Source: Pseudomonas aeruginosa (GTDB taxonomy: Bacteria; Pseudomonadota; Gammaproteobacteria; Pseudomonadales; Pseudomonadaceae). Taken from it: DNA of 32,000 bases. Both the position numbers and the translations under genes were made by a program. The notes under the pieces are model-generated. The model ran no database searches. It was given only the letters and a program-made list of their open reading frames with translations, and was not told the origin of the DNA. Each line of letters opens with the position of its first letter. Within the stretch, counting starts at the first letter, position 1. This document shows, in pieces, positions 8,701 to 18,753 of the stretch. The stretch lies in the NCBI RefSeq assembly GCF_001457615.1, contig NZ_LN831024.1:4290001-4322000 (forward strand), read 5' to 3'.

Positions 8701-9114
8701 ATGTCACTGCCGCCGTACCTCAAGCCCGGCGACAAGGTCGTGTTGTACGACCAGCACTGCCGCTTCTGCACGCTCTGGAGCGGTTTCCTGGCACGCCGCG
8801 CCGACCACCGGCTGAAGCTGCTTGCCGCGCAGTCCGCCGAAGGCCTGGCGATTCTCGATTGGTTCGGGCTGGCACCCGATCATTTCAACACCTGGCTGTT
8901 CGTCGACGGCGCCTACGCCTGCGACGACAACGATGCCCTGCTCGAGGTGCTGCGCCTGTTGCCGGGCCCCTGGCGTCACCTGCGCTGGCTGCGCCTGCTG
9001 CCAGCCTGGCTGCGCGACGAGTGCCACGAGGCGCTACGGCGCAACCGCTGGCGCTGGTTCGGCCGCCAGCGCCCACCCCTTCGTCGTCGCTCCTGGCGTC
9101 CCCGTCGAGCCTGA
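8701..9114 (+). CDS. DCC-family thiol-disulfide oxidoreductase (DUF393/YuxK-like)
   Basis: ATG at 8701. The N-terminus 'VVLYDQHCRFCTLWSGFL' carries the CxxC motif characteristic of DCC1-like proteins. The C-terminal tail is Arg-rich. Confidence 0.7.
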   Translation: MSLPPYLKPGDKVVLYDQHCRFCTLWSGFLARRADHRLKLLAAQSAEGLAILDWFGLAPDHFNTWLFVDGAYACDDNDALLEVLRLLPGPWRHLRWLRLLPAWLRDECHEALRRNRWRWFGRQRPPLRRRSWRPRRA

Positions 9115-9180
9115 CGCCTCTCCGCGCTGGCCGTGGCGGGTTATGCTGCCTGCGCACCAGCCTGCGGACCCATACTTGCC

Positions 9181-9531
9181 ATGGCCCTTGACCCGAGCCA
9201 ACGCCGACGACTGCGCCACGCGCTATCCGACGCCTTCGTCGACACTCTCCTGGAGCCCGAGGATATCGCCCGGCGGATAAAGGGCGTCGACCCGGCGTTG
9301 CTGGAGCGGTTGTTCTTCGAGGAAGTGGCGCCGGTCTGCCACGGCAACCTGCTCAGCCCCGCTCCGGCGGTATGGACCGCCTTCGACGAGGCCTGGCTGG
9401 AAGAGGCCATCGAGCGACGCCTGGCGCGGCAAAGGAGCTGCGCCCTGCGACGCTGGCACGAGCGCTGCCTGGTCGCCTGGCTGCGATGGCGATACGCCGA
9501 CACCTGGCGCGCGATCGCCGGCGCTCTTTGA
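9181..9531 (+). CDS. Hypothetical protein (116 aa), function unknown
   Basis: Third codon positions are G/C-rich and the amino-acid composition is balanced. I recognise no motif. The start is uncertain: ATG 9181 has no clear SD, and GTG 9133 is the alternative. Confidence 0.5.
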   Translation: MALDPSQRRRLRHALSDAFVDTLLEPEDIARRIKGVDPALLERLFFEEVAPVCHGNLLSPAPAVWTAFDEAWLEEAIERRLARQRSCALRRWHERCLVAWLRWRYADTWRAIAGAL

Positions 9532-9540
9532 GCGAGCGCC

Positions 9541-10320
9541 TCAGCGAAATACCGAATGGATGAGCTTGCCGGCCTTCTTCGTGTCGACCGCCTGCTGGCG
9601 TACCGGCGGCAGCGGCTCGCGCTTGTCCTTGTCTGCCTCGTTCATCTGCGCCACCCAGGCGTCCACCCGATCGCGGCTGACGGCGCCGTAGTTGAGACGG
9701 CAGCTGTCGACGAGGGTCTTGCCCTTCTTCTCCTTGTAGCTGCACTGCACGCGGAAGTCGCCGATGTAGTTGGTGGCGAAGCTCTCGGCACGGAACGGCG
9801 CGGAGAACGGCTTGGAGGTATAGGTCTCGTAGTAGTAGTCGGTCTTGGTCAGCGGCGTAGAACGACAGTTGGACTCCACGTTTACCGCCGTGTGGGTGAC
9901 GCTGCGCTTCCTTTTCCGGACCGTCTTCTCCAGCGCCTCGCCGTTGGCCTCGCAGCGCTCCTCGTACGCACCGGTCTCGCGGGTGACGGTATAGGACAGG
10001 TACCTCACCTCGAACTCGTAAAGCTCGTAGTAGCGCGGCGTCAGTGCGAGGCTGAACAGCTCGGAGTACGACGAGGTGGTGACGTGGGCCGCATGGGTCT
10101 TGGAGGCGGGATCGCGGAAACGCAGGGTCAGGCGGGTGGACGGGTCGTTGCTGCCGGTGTTCTCGAAGCCGACCACGCCGGTGACGAAGCTGGGCGGATC
10201 GCCGGCGCGCATGGAGAACCAGGACGACACCGAGCCCTGGTTCGCCGGGTTGATGTTGCAGCCCGCCAGCGCTGCCATGCAGGCGAGCACGGCAGGTAGC
10301 TTTCCTTTTCTGGGCGTCAT
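9541..10320 (-). CDS. Lipoprotein of unknown function (259 aa)
   Basis: The signal 'MTPRKGKLPAVLACMAALAGC' has the lipobox LAGC. The mature part is rich in Y/T/K/E with four Cys. Third positions remain G/C-rich, so codon usage looks native. Confidence 0.7.
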   Translation of the reverse strand: MTPRKGKLPAVLACMAALAGCNINPANQGSVSSWFSMRAGDPPSFVTGVVGFENTGSNDPSTRLTLRFRDPASKTHAAHVTTSSYSELFSLALTPRYYELYEFEVRYLSYTVTRETGAYEERCEANGEALEKTVRKRKRSVTHTAVNVESNCRSTPLTKTDYYYETYTSKPFSAPFRAESFATNYIGDFRVQCSYKEKKGKTLVDSCRLNYGAVSRDRVDAWVAQMNEADKDKREPLPPVRQQAVDTKKAGKLIHSVFR

Positions 10321-10460
10321 TGAAATCCCTTTGCTCGCGACAGGAGGAAAATATCGTTAGGAAACAACGTTGAGAGGCCGGCAAGGATACCCGACTGGCG
10401 CACGGGTCGCATCATTATGACATCACGCCGCCCGCCGGCGTTGCCGCGACCGTTCGTCGA

Positions 10461-10480
10461 ACCTGTGAATTCCGGTAGTT
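10461..10480 (+). promoter_or_regulatory. las/rhl-type (lux) box upstream of the MFS-rhlC operon
   Basis: ACCTGTGAATTCCGGTAGTT fits CT-N12-AG (CT at 10463-64, AG at 10477-78). It closely resembles the rhlA box as I remember it (CCTGTGAAATCTGGCAGTT). rhlC is known to be RhlR-dependent. Confidence 0.65.
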
Positions 10481-10542
10481 TCCCTTGCCGTCGCTGGCGT
10501 CCCAGGATCGGGATTTCCTGTGTTCGCCGGGAGGGTCCTGGC

Positions 10543-11811
10543 GTGTCCACGACCAGCCTCTGCCCCTCCGCCACGCGGGAACACGGTCCCGGCGCGAAAC
10601 GCGTCCTGCCTCTGCTGTTCCTCACCTGCCTGCTGGATGCCGCTGGCGTCGGCCTGATCGTGCCCCTGCTGCCGACGCTGATCGGCAGCGTGGCGCCGCT
10701 GGCGATCCGCGACGCGGCCACCTGGGGCGCCGCCCTGGTGATGACCTTCGCGCTGCTGCAATTGTTCTTTTCGCCGGTCCTCGGCAGCCTCAGCGACCGC
10801 TTCGGACGCCGCCCCGTCCTGGTCCTGGCGATGCTCGGCTTCGCCCTCAGCTATCTGCTGCTGGCGCTGGCCGACAGCCTCTGGATGCTGTTCCTCGGTC
10901 GCGCGCTGGCCGGGCTCACCGGCGCCAGCGTGGCCACCGCGATGGCCTGCGCGGCGGACCTCGGCACGCACGGGCAGCGCACCCGGCACTTCGGCTGGCT
11001 GTACGCCGGCCTCGCCCTGGGCATGATCCTCGGCCCCGCCCTCGGTGGGCTGCTGGCGGTGCACGGCACGACGCTGCCGCTGTTGCTGGCCGCCGGCCTG
11101 TGCCTGCTCAACGCCCTGCTCGCCGGCCTGTTCCTCGAGGAAACCCTGCCCCCGACGCGACGCCGCCGCCTGGATCCGAGGCGGATGAATGCCTTGCGCT
11201 CGATCAGCGGCCTGGCTCGGCAACCGGGGGTCGGACGCCTGCTGGCGGTGCTTGCCCTGGTATTCCTCGGCTTGCAGGCGGTGATGGTGGTCTGGCCGTT
11301 CTTCGTGATCGAGAAGTTTCACTGGAGCAGCGCCTGGATCGGCTACTCGCTGGCCCTCTACGGCGTGCTCGCGGTGCTCGCCCAGACCCTCGGCGTGAAC
11401 CTCTGCAAGCGGCGCCTGGACGACGCCCGCCTGCTGCGCCTGGGCCTCGCCCTGCAAGGCTGCGGCCTGCTGCTGTTCGCCCTGGTCGACTCGTCATTCT
11501 GGCTGGTCTGCGCGCTGCTGCCCTTCGCGCTCGGCAGCCTCGCCACCCCGGCCATGCAGGGGCTGCTCTCGGCCCGCGTGCCGGTGGACCGCCAGGGCGA
11601 GTTGCAGGGCGTGCTGAGCAGCCTGATGAGCCTCGCCGCGATCGTCGGTCCGCCGCTGATGAGCGGCCTGTTCCACTGGGGCAGCGGTCCGCTCGCGCCG
11701 CTGCCCCTGGCCGGCGCGCCATTCCTCGCCGGCGCCCTTCTCGTTCTGGCCGGGCTGGTCCTGGCCTGGCAACTTCGACCTACGGGAGAAGAACGATCAT
11801 GGACCGGATAG
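10543..11811 (+). CDS. MFS transporter (12-TM, drug:H+ antiporter-like), first gene of the rhlC operon
   Basis: MFS motif A 'GSLSDRFGRRPVL' and repeated hydrophobic segments are present. I prefer GTG 10543 (GGAGG 8 nt upstream) over ATG 10417, because the rhl box lies inside the longer version. Confidence 0.8.
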   Translation: MSTTSLCPSATREHGPGAKRVLPLLFLTCLLDAAGVGLIVPLLPTLIGSVAPLAIRDAATWGAALVMTFALLQLFFSPVLGSLSDRFGRRPVLVLAMLGFALSYLLLALADSLWMLFLGRALAGLTGASVATAMACAADLGTHGQRTRHFGWLYAGLALGMILGPALGGLLAVHGTTLPLLLAAGLCLLNALLAGLFLEETLPPTRRRRLDPRRMNALRSISGLARQPGVGRLLAVLALVFLGLQAVMVVWPFFVIEKFHWSSAWIGYSLALYGVLAVLAQTLGVNLCKRRLDDARLLRLGLALQGCGLLLFALVDSSFWLVCALLPFALGSLATPAMQGLLSARVPVDRQGELQGVLSSLMSLAAIVGPPLMSGLFHWGSGPLAPLPLAGAPFLAGALLVLAGLVLAWQLRPTGEERSWTG

Positions 11812-12776
11812 ACATGGGCGTGCTGGTGGTACTGTTCAATCCTGGCGACGACGACCTGGAACACCTTGGCGAACTGGCGGCGGCGTTTCCGCAACTGCGC
11901 TTCCTTGCCGTCGACAACTCACCGCACAGCGATCCGCAGCGCAATGCCCGGCTGCGCGGGCAAGGCATCGCCGTGCTGCACCACGGCAACCGGCAGGGCA
12001 TCGCCGGCGCCTTCAACCAGGGGCTCGACGCGCTGTTCCGGCGTGGCGTGCAGGGTGTGCTGCTGCTCGACCAGGACTCCCGTCCCGGCGGCGCCTTCCT
12101 CGCCGCCCAGTGGCGCAACCTGCAGGCGCGCAACGGTCAGGCCTGCCTGCTCGGCCCACGGATCTTCGACCGGGGTGACCGGCGCTTCCTGCCGGCCATC
12201 CATCTCGACGGACTGACGCTCAGGCAATTGTCTCTGGACGGCCTGACGACCCCGCAGCGCACCTCGTTCCTGATCTCCTCCGGCTGCCTGCTGACCCGCG
12301 AGGCCTACCAGCGCCTCGGCCACTTCGACGAGGAACTGTTCATCGACCACGTGGACACCGAATACAGCCTGCGCGCCCAGGCGCTGGACGTGCCCCTGTA
12401 CGTCGACCCGCGGCTGGTCCTCGAGCACCGCATCGGCACGCGCAAGACCCGCCGCCTCGGCGGTCTCAGCCTCAGCGCGATGAACCACGCCCCGCTGCGC
12501 CGCTACTACCTGGCGCGCAACGGCCTGCTGGTCCTGCGCCGCTACGCCCGGTCCTCGCCGCTGGCCCTGCTGGCGAACCTGCCGACCCTGACCCAGGGCC
12601 TCGCGGTGCTCCTGCTCGAGCGCGACAAGCTGCTCAAGCTGCGCTGCCTGGGCTGGGGCCTGTGGGACGGCCTGCGGGGGCGCGGCGGCGCGCTGGAGCG
12701 CAACCGCCCGCGCCTGCTGAAGCGCCTCGCCGGTCCGGCGGTGGCGTCCGTAGCTTCCGGCAAGGCCAAGGCCTAG
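11799..12776 (+). CDS. rhlC: Rhamnosyltransferase 2 (di-rhamnolipid synthesis), GT2 family
   Basis: I recognise [19 protein letters not shown]... as RhlC. The 325 aa matches the remembered length, and the DxD-type motif 'LLLDQDS' is present. It overlaps the MFS stop by 13 nt. The upstream part of track ORF 10485..12776 is an open alternate frame of the MFS gene. Confidence 0.95.
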   Translation: MDRIDMGVLVVLFNPGDDDLEHLGELAAAFPQLRFLAVDNSPHSDPQRNARLRGQGIAVLHHGNRQGIAGAFNQGLDALFRRGVQGVLLLDQDSRPGGAFLAAQWRNLQARNGQACLLGPRIFDRGDRRFLPAIHLDGLTLRQLSLDGLTTPQRTSFLISSGCLLTREAYQRLGHFDEELFIDHVDTEYSLRAQALDVPLYVDPRLVLEHRIGTRKTRRLGGLSLSAMNHAPLRRYYLARNGLLVLRRYARSSPLALLANLPTLTQGLAVLLLERDKLLKLRCLGWGLWDGLRGRGGALERNRPRLLKRLAGPAVASVASGKAKA

Positions 12777-13180
12777 TCGGCGAAACGCATTCCCGCATAG
12801 GGCGCTTGCCGGCACGCCGCGAGCCGGCTGAGCAGGTCGCCGACGTGGGCCTCCAGGCGATGGCCGTCCGGGTCGAGGAAGTAGAACGAATCGCCCTCGC
12901 TGCGGTTCTGCTTCCATTCGCGCACGCCATGCGCGCGCAGCTGCGCGGCGAAGCGGGCGAAATCCGCGGCGGCGATGCCGAAGGCGTAGTGCGTGTAGTC
13001 CGCGGCCGGCCCACCGTACTGCGGCTCCCGGGACAGGCACAGCCACAGCGAACCCAGTTCGAGATAGGCGCCCTGGTCCCAGCGCGCTTCCAGGCGAAAG
13101 CCGAGAAGATCGCGGTAGAAGGCGATGCTGGCCGGCAGGTCGGCGACCGCCAGGGTCAGGTGATTGAGACCGGTGAGCAT
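12773..13180 (-). CDS. fosA: Fosfomycin resistance glutathione transferase FosA (VOC superfamily)
   Basis: The 135-aa product '[28 protein letters not shown]...' is recognised as P. aeruginosa FosA. AAGGAG SD. Confidence 0.95.
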   Translation of the reverse strand: MLTGLNHLTLAVADLPASIAFYRDLLGFRLEARWDQGAYLELGSLWLCLSREPQYGGPAADYTHYAFGIAAADFARFAAQLRAHGVREWKQNRSEGDSFYFLDPDGHRLEAHVGDLLSRLAACRQAPYAGMRFAD

Positions 13181-13215
13181 GGGGGGCTCCTTGCAAGGTT
13201 TGGCGGGAGGACGAT

Positions 13216-14127
13216 TCAGGCACGCCCCAGCCAGTCGCCGCGGATCATTTCCATCAGTTGGCGCAAGCCGGGTTGCGGCTGGCGTCGGCTCGGATAATAG
13301 AGGCAGAACGGCGCGCCCATCGAGGTCCAGTCGGGCAATACCAGTTGCAGCCGGCCGCTACGCAGCTCCTCGGCGATTCCCACTTCCAGGCAGTAGGCCA
13401 GGCCAATGCCGTCCAGGGCCGCGGCGACCGCCGTATTGCTTTCGTTGACGCTGAAAGGGCCGGGCACGTCGACCTCGACCATCCGCTCGCCGTCGCCCAG
13501 TTCCCATTTGTAGAACGAGTTGTCGCCCAGGCGCATGCGGATGCAGGCGTGCCGCAACAGGTCGTCCGGCCGCTGGGGCACGCCGTGGCGCGCCAGGTAA
13601 TCGGGCGACGCGGCCACCACCCAGCGCAGCTCCCCGGTCAATGGCACCGCGACCATGTCCTGGGGCACCGTGCCGCCGTAACGGATGCCGGCGTCGTAGC
13701 CGTCGGCGACGATGTCGACCATGCGGTCCTCCACCGAAAGTTCCAGTTGCAGGTCCGGATACGCCTCGGTGAAGCGCCTGAGGACCGGCCCCAGCAGCAG
13801 CCGCGAGGCATCGCGCGGCACGTTCAGGCGCAGCCGGCCCACCGGCGAGGTGCGATAGGCATCGAGCTCGCCGAGCGCCTCGCCGATCACCTGGAAACCA
13901 TCCTCCAGCTTGGCCGCCAGCGCGCTACCGGCATCGGTCGGCACCACCGAACGGCTGGTACGGTTAAGCAGCTTCACCCCGAGCCGCGCCTCGAGGTTGC
14001 GCATGCTGTGGCTCAGCGCCGAGGTACTGACACCCAGCTCCTGGGCTGAGTGACGGAAGCTGCGGCGCCGGACGATGGTCATGAAGACGTTCAGGTCGGC
14101 GAGTTCGGAACGGGTGAAAGCCGGCAT
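13216..14127 (-). CDS. LysR-family transcriptional regulator
   Basis: HTH '[27 protein letters not shown]'. The 303-aa product is divergent from the aldo-keto reductase and lies 35 nt upstream of fosA on the same strand. Confidence 0.85.
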   Translation of the reverse strand: MPAFTRSELADLNVFMTIVRRRSFRHSAQELGVSTSALSHSMRNLEARLGVKLLNRTSRSVVPTDAGSALAAKLEDGFQVIGEALGELDAYRTSPVGRLRLNVPRDASRLLLGPVLRRFTEAYPDLQLELSVEDRMVDIVADGYDAGIRYGGTVPQDMVAVPLTGELRWVVAASPDYLARHGVPQRPDDLLRHACIRMRLGDNSFYKWELGDGERMVEVDVPGPFSVNESNTAVAAALDGIGLAYCLEVGIAEELRSGRLQLVLPDWTSMGAPFCLYYPSRRQPQPGLRQLMEMIRGDWLGRA

Positions 14128-14164
14128 TCCAGGGCTCCTGGCAGTTCTCGGAGGTCAATGCAGC

Positions 14165-14181
14165 ATTGAGCCACATTCAAT
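14165..14181. promoter_or_regulatory. LysR-type dyad ATTGA-N7-TCAAT in a divergent promoter
   Basis: Perfect 5-bp arms (14165..14169 and 14177..14181) lie 38 nt upstream of the LysR ATG (14127). The dyad contains a T-N11-A core. Confidence 0.4.
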
Positions 14182-14261
14182 CTCGGGTGATCTAGAGTAA
14201 TCGCTCCGTGCCGCCGAGCGCATTGCCGGCAAGCGTTTTCCCGATCTGCAGGAGTATTTCC

Positions 14262-15251
<990 letters not shown>

Positions 15252-15345
15252 TCGGACGGCCGGGGCGGCAACGCCCCTGGCCGCTGGCCTGACGGAGCGG
15301 CGAAAGGCAAAATGGCGGTTTTTCTCAAGGACTGCCGGATCAGTT

Positions 15346-15933
15346 ATGGAAAACGTCTACAAGACCCCGGAAGCGCCCCTGGTGGAAATCCGCGGCGCGA
15401 AGCGGGCGCATTTCTTCGTCACTTCCCTGGGCAAGATGAGCGTGCTCTTCCTCGTCACCCTGGGGCTGTACGGCGTGTACTGGATGTACAAGCACTGGAA
15501 GGCCCAGCAACCGCAGATGGAGCGGCGGATCAGCCCGGTATGGCGGGCGATCTTCGGCATCTTCTTTTTCCACGCCCTCGCCCGGCGGATCCACCAGGCC
15601 CTGCCGGAAGAGCGCCAGGCACTATGGAGCCCGAGCAAGGATGCGACCTGGGCGGTGCTGCTGACGGTCGCGGCGAACCTGATCAGCCACCTCACCGACG
15701 TGGTCCCCGCGCTGGAGCCCTACTCGCTGCCCTCGCTCCTGCTGCTGCTCACGCCGCTTATCCCGATGCGCAACATCCAGCGCCAGGCCAACCTCGCCAG
15801 CGGCGACCCGCAGGGCACGGGCAACGCCGGCTATTCGGGCTACAACCTGCTGTTCATCGTGCTCGGCGCGCTCTACTGGCTGCTGATCCTGATCGGTTCC
15901 GCGGTGATCCTCTTCGGCTCGTCCCAGGGCTGA
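15346..15933 (+). CDS. Integral membrane protein of unknown function (195 aa)
   Basis: Four or so hydrophobic segments ('MSVLFLVTLGLYGVYWMY', 'VWRAIFGIFFFHAL', 'WAVLLTVAANLI', 'LLFIVLGALYWLLILIGSAVILF') and G/C-rich third positions. Confidence 0.6.
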   Translation: MENVYKTPEAPLVEIRGAKRAHFFVTSLGKMSVLFLVTLGLYGVYWMYKHWKAQQPQMERRISPVWRAIFGIFFFHALARRIHQALPEERQALWSPSKDATWAVLLTVAANLISHLTDVVPALEPYSLPSLLLLLTPLIPMRNIQRQANLASGDPQGTGNAGYSGYNLLFIVLGALYWLLILIGSAVILFGSSQG

Positions 15934-15939
15934 GCCGCC

Positions 15940-16692
15940 TCAGCCGGGAAACGCCCGGCGCAACAGTTCGGGCAGCACCTCGCCGGCCGGACCGACGAGA
16001 CAGTGTTCGCGCGGATGGCGGGTGCGCACCGGTTGCGGGTTCACATGCACGACGCTGGCACCGTGCTCCAGCGCCAGTCCGGGTATCCGCGCCGCCGGCT
16101 GCACCACGCCGGAAGTGCCGACGCTGAGCAACAGGTCGCACTCGCAGGCCGCGGCGAAAGCCTCGCGCAGCGCCGCCTCGGGCAGCGCCTCGCCGAACCA
16201 GACCACGCCCGGCCGGACCTGTCCGCCGCAGGCCGGACAACGCGGCGGCTCGATCCGTCGTCCCTCTTCCGGCTCGACCGAATCGGGCAAGGCGTCCCGG
16301 TAGGCTGCCGCGCAGGTCGCGCAACGCGGCGCGTGCAGGCTGCCATGCAGGTGAAGGACGTCGCGGCTGCCGGCGCGTTCATGCAGGTCGTCGACGTTCT
16401 GGGTGACCAACCGGGTGTCGGCGATCCGTCCGCTCAATGCGGCAATCGCCCGGTGCGCGGGATTCGGCTGGACACCCAGCACCTTCAGGCGGCGCCACTC
16501 GTACCAGCCCCAGACCAGCGCGGGATCGTCGGCGAAGGCCGCGGGCGTAGCCAGGGCCGCCGGATCGTAGCGCGCCCAGAGACCGCCAAGGGCATCGCGG
16601 AAGGTGGGAATCCCGCTTTCCGCCGACACCCCGGCGCCCGTGAAGATCACCAGGCGGCGGGCGCCGGCGAGCAGTTCGACGACAGCGCGCAT
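15940..16692 (-). CDS. cobB: NAD-dependent protein deacylase, Sir2 family (CobB)
   Basis: The ATG at 16692 is preceded by GGAGGAG. Motifs 'FTGAGVSAESGIPTFRD', 'TQNVDDLHERAG' and 'LHLHGS', plus Zn ribbon C..C ... 'CPACGG'. It starts 13 nt after the dgt stop. Confidence 0.9.
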   Translation of the reverse strand: MRAVVELLAGARRLVIFTGAGVSAESGIPTFRDALGGLWARYDPAALATPAAFADDPALVWGWYEWRRLKVLGVQPNPAHRAIAALSGRIADTRLVTQNVDDLHERAGSRDVLHLHGSLHAPRCATCAAAYRDALPDSVEPEEGRRIEPPRCPACGGQVRPGVVWFGEALPEAALREAFAAACECDLLLSVGTSGVVQPAARIPGLALEHGASVVHVNPQPVRTRHPREHCLVGPAGEVLPELLRRAFPG

Positions 16693-16705
16693 CTCGCTCC
16701 TCCGC

Positions 16706-18202
16706 TTACAGCGCGGACAACGCGCGGTATTCGTCCTGGGCATGCTGGTCGGTCATGCCGCTGACGAAATCCTGGAGCATACGGCAGCGGTGGTAGAACT
16801 CCCACTGCCGCTGCAACGGGTCCTCCGCCACACCTTTCATGGCCTCCAGGTAAGCCTTGATCTGCTGGCTCGGCAGGCGCCGAACCAGCAGTTGCGGATG
16901 CGGCGCGGCGGCCTGGCGACCTTCGGCGAGGGCCTGGAACTCCTCGGCCGGCAGGCGCAGCAGCGGCGCGTAGAAATCCAGCAGGCCCTGGATGATGCGG
17001 TAGCCCTGCAATTCCAGGGTTTCCACCTCCGGATGGCAGAACACCCATTCCATGGCCACGTCCTTGAACGTCTGGACGATGGCGTGCGGCAGGCTGCCGT
17101 CCTCCATCAGCGCGCGGCCGAGGGTGCCGGCATGAACCGCTTCGAGGTTGTCGATGAACTGCTGGGCGGCGTGCTGGACCAGCGGGTGGATCATTTTCAC
17201 TCGCAGGCGGATGAAGAATTCGCTGACCTTGTTGATCGGCTCCCGCTCGGCCTTTTCCAGCGAGTAGTCGACCATCCGCTGGAAGCTCATGTTGTCCGCG
17301 TCGCCGGGAATCGGCGCGTCCGGCGAATGGTGGACGGCAAACTTCTTCACCAGCAGATCCGCCAATTGACGGATGTCGAGGATGCCTTTTTCCACCGAGT
17401 CTTCGATATCGGCCAGGCAATAGGAGATATCGTCGGCCGCTTCCATGATGTAGGCCACAGGGTGGCGAGTGCCCGGGCGCATGCCGAGGACTCGGCGCAG
17501 TTCGTCGACGAAGGCTTCCTCGGAAAGATAGAAGCCCGGCTTCTTGTTCAGGTAGTGGTTCGCCGCCGCCTTGTCCGGCTTCGGCTCGTAGGCCGGGCGC
17601 ACGTACTTGAGCAGGCCGGCGGTCTGCGTGTAGGTGAGGTTCAGGCGCAGCAGCTTCACCACCAGGCGGATGGCCTGGGCGTTGCCTTCGAAGTGCTTGA
17701 GGTCGGTGAGCATGCGCTGCTGCAACAGGCCGTCGCCCTGGCCCGGCGGTATGCGGCGCTCGAACAGGGCGTCGAGGTTGCGTTCGAACCAGTCGTTGAT
17801 GGCGTACTCGCCGAAATGACCGAACGGCGGATTGCCGACGTCGTGCATCAGGCAGGCCATTTCCACCAGGCTTTCCAGCGCGCCTTCCAGCCCGTCCAGG
17901 CCGGCCTCCGCGGCACGCGGGCCCAGTTGGCGGAACAGCGTGCGGACGATGAAACGCCCGGTCTGCTGCACTTCCAGGGAATGGGTCAGGCGGCTGCGCA
18001 CCGCCGCGTTGCGCTCCAGCGGGAAGACCTGGGTCTTCTGCTGCAAGCGACGCACGGCGGCGGAATTGACGATGCGCCCGCGGTCGCTTTCCAACTGGTA
18101 GACGATGTCTTGCAGATCGGTATTCCCGGCATGTCCGTAGGTTTCCCTGTCATGCGGACGCTGGCGGGATATCCGCTCCTTGAAATCCACGGCCCCTGGC
18201 AT
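16706..18202 (-). CDS. dgt: Deoxyguanosinetriphosphate triphosphohydrolase (HD domain)
   Basis: I take the internal ATG at 18202 (MPGAVDFKERISRQRPHD...), giving 498 aa. HD motifs 'RLTHSLEVQQ' and 'LMHDVGNPPFGHFGE' are present. The 63 codons upstream in the track ORF look non-coding. Confidence 0.9.
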   Translation of the reverse strand: MPGAVDFKERISRQRPHDRETYGHAGNTDLQDIVYQLESDRGRIVNSAAVRRLQQKTQVFPLERNAAVRSRLTHSLEVQQTGRFIVRTLFRQLGPRAAEAGLDGLEGALESLVEMACLMHDVGNPPFGHFGEYAINDWFERNLDALFERRIPPGQGDGLLQQRMLTDLKHFEGNAQAIRLVVKLLRLNLTYTQTAGLLKYVRPAYEPKPDKAAANHYLNKKPGFYLSEEAFVDELRRVLGMRPGTRHPVAYIMEAADDISYCLADIEDSVEKGILDIRQLADLLVKKFAVHHSPDAPIPGDADNMSFQRMVDYSLEKAEREPINKVSEFFIRLRVKMIHPLVQHAAQQFIDNLEAVHAGTLGRALMEDGSLPHAIVQTFKDVAMEWVFCHPEVETLELQGYRIIQGLLDFYAPLLRLPAEEFQALAEGRQAAAPHPQLLVRRLPSQQIKAYLEAMKGVAEDPLQRQWEFYHRCRMLQDFVSGMTDQHAQDEYRALSAL

Positions 18203-18432
18203 CTGGCGCTGTTCTCCACTCGGTCGGCTGCGAACCCCGAGCCTAGCGCGTGGCGGCGGTTTAACCAAGGTCGCGACAATCCGTCCCACTACCGTTCGCG
18301 ATCCGCCCTCTTCCCCGGGCGGCGGCAACTGGCAGAATACCCCGCTCGGCACCAGCGACCCCCGCCGCAGAACGGGGGCGCCGCCGATCATGCGTGCGCC
18401 CAGAGAAACAGGAACGTTCAGGGAGGTTCCGC

Positions 18433-18753
18433 ATGAGCATCACATCCACCGACATCTGCCAGGCCGCCGATGCCCTCAAGGGGTTCGTCGGTTTCAACCG
18501 CAAGACCGGCCGCTACATCGTGCGTTTCAGCGAAGACTCCTTCGGCATGGACGTAGCCGACGACAGCATCACGCCCACCAGCGAGTTCGTCTGGAGTTCG
18601 GTACGCGACGACGTCATGCGCCTGGGCCGCGAGCAGTTGCAGATCCTGCTGGAACAGAACATCAACGAACGACTGAACATCGGCGAGCCGCTACTGGTCT
18701 ATCTGCGCCGCCAGGACCTGCCGGAAATCACCGCACAACGCCAGTTGCGCTGA
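18433..18753 (+). CDS. Hypothetical protein (106 aa), function unknown
   Basis: The ATG at 18433 is preceded by GGGAGG. Composition is balanced and third positions are G/C-rich. I recognise no catalytic motif. Confidence 0.6.
   Translation: MSITSTDICQAADALKGFVGFNRKTGRYIVRFSEDSFGMDVADDSITPTSEFVWSSVRDDVMRLGREQLQILLEQNINERLNIGEPLLVYLRRQDLPEITAQRQLR

Noticed and set aside
9541-10320. The lower G+C of the lipoprotein gene, considered as a sign of horizontal acquisition.
   Set aside because: Third codon positions remain G/C-rich. The drop is explained by a Lys/Tyr/Thr/Glu/Asn-rich amino-acid composition. There are no flanking repeats or mobility genes.
10481-10542. A sigma-54 (GG-N10-GC) promoter, which I recalled being proposed for the MFS-rhlC operon.
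   Set aside because: The best candidate, TGGCGTCCCAGGATCG, has TC rather than GC at the -12 position. I could not find a convincing match by eye, so I do not report it.
10485-11798. A long upstream extension of the rhlC reading frame, which makes a 763-aa track ORF.
   Set aside because: The extension is an alternate frame of the MFS gene with a P/R/G/A-rich translation. RhlC begins at ATG 11799 (MDRIDMGV...), giving the expected 325 aa.
15940-18202. The dGTPase (dgt) is translationally adjacent to a Sir2-family gene (cobB). Both families have anti-phage relatives (dNTP depletion, NAD+ depletion), so the pair could be read as a defence island.
   Set aside because: cobB is a compact 250-aa sirtuin. 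It has the full deacylase motif set and a Zn ribbon, and no effector or sensor fusion. dgt is a standard 498-aa housekeeping-type HD enzyme. Codon usage is native, the flanks are housekeeping genes, and there are no mobility genes. Ordinary core metabolism is the simpler reading.
16604-18436. A 610-aa plus-strand ORF. The 606-aa minus-strand ORF at 20138..21958 is a similar case.
   Set aside because: They are antisense to dgt and to yfiN respectively, both of which carry unambiguous catalytic motifs. The antisense translations are low-complexity.
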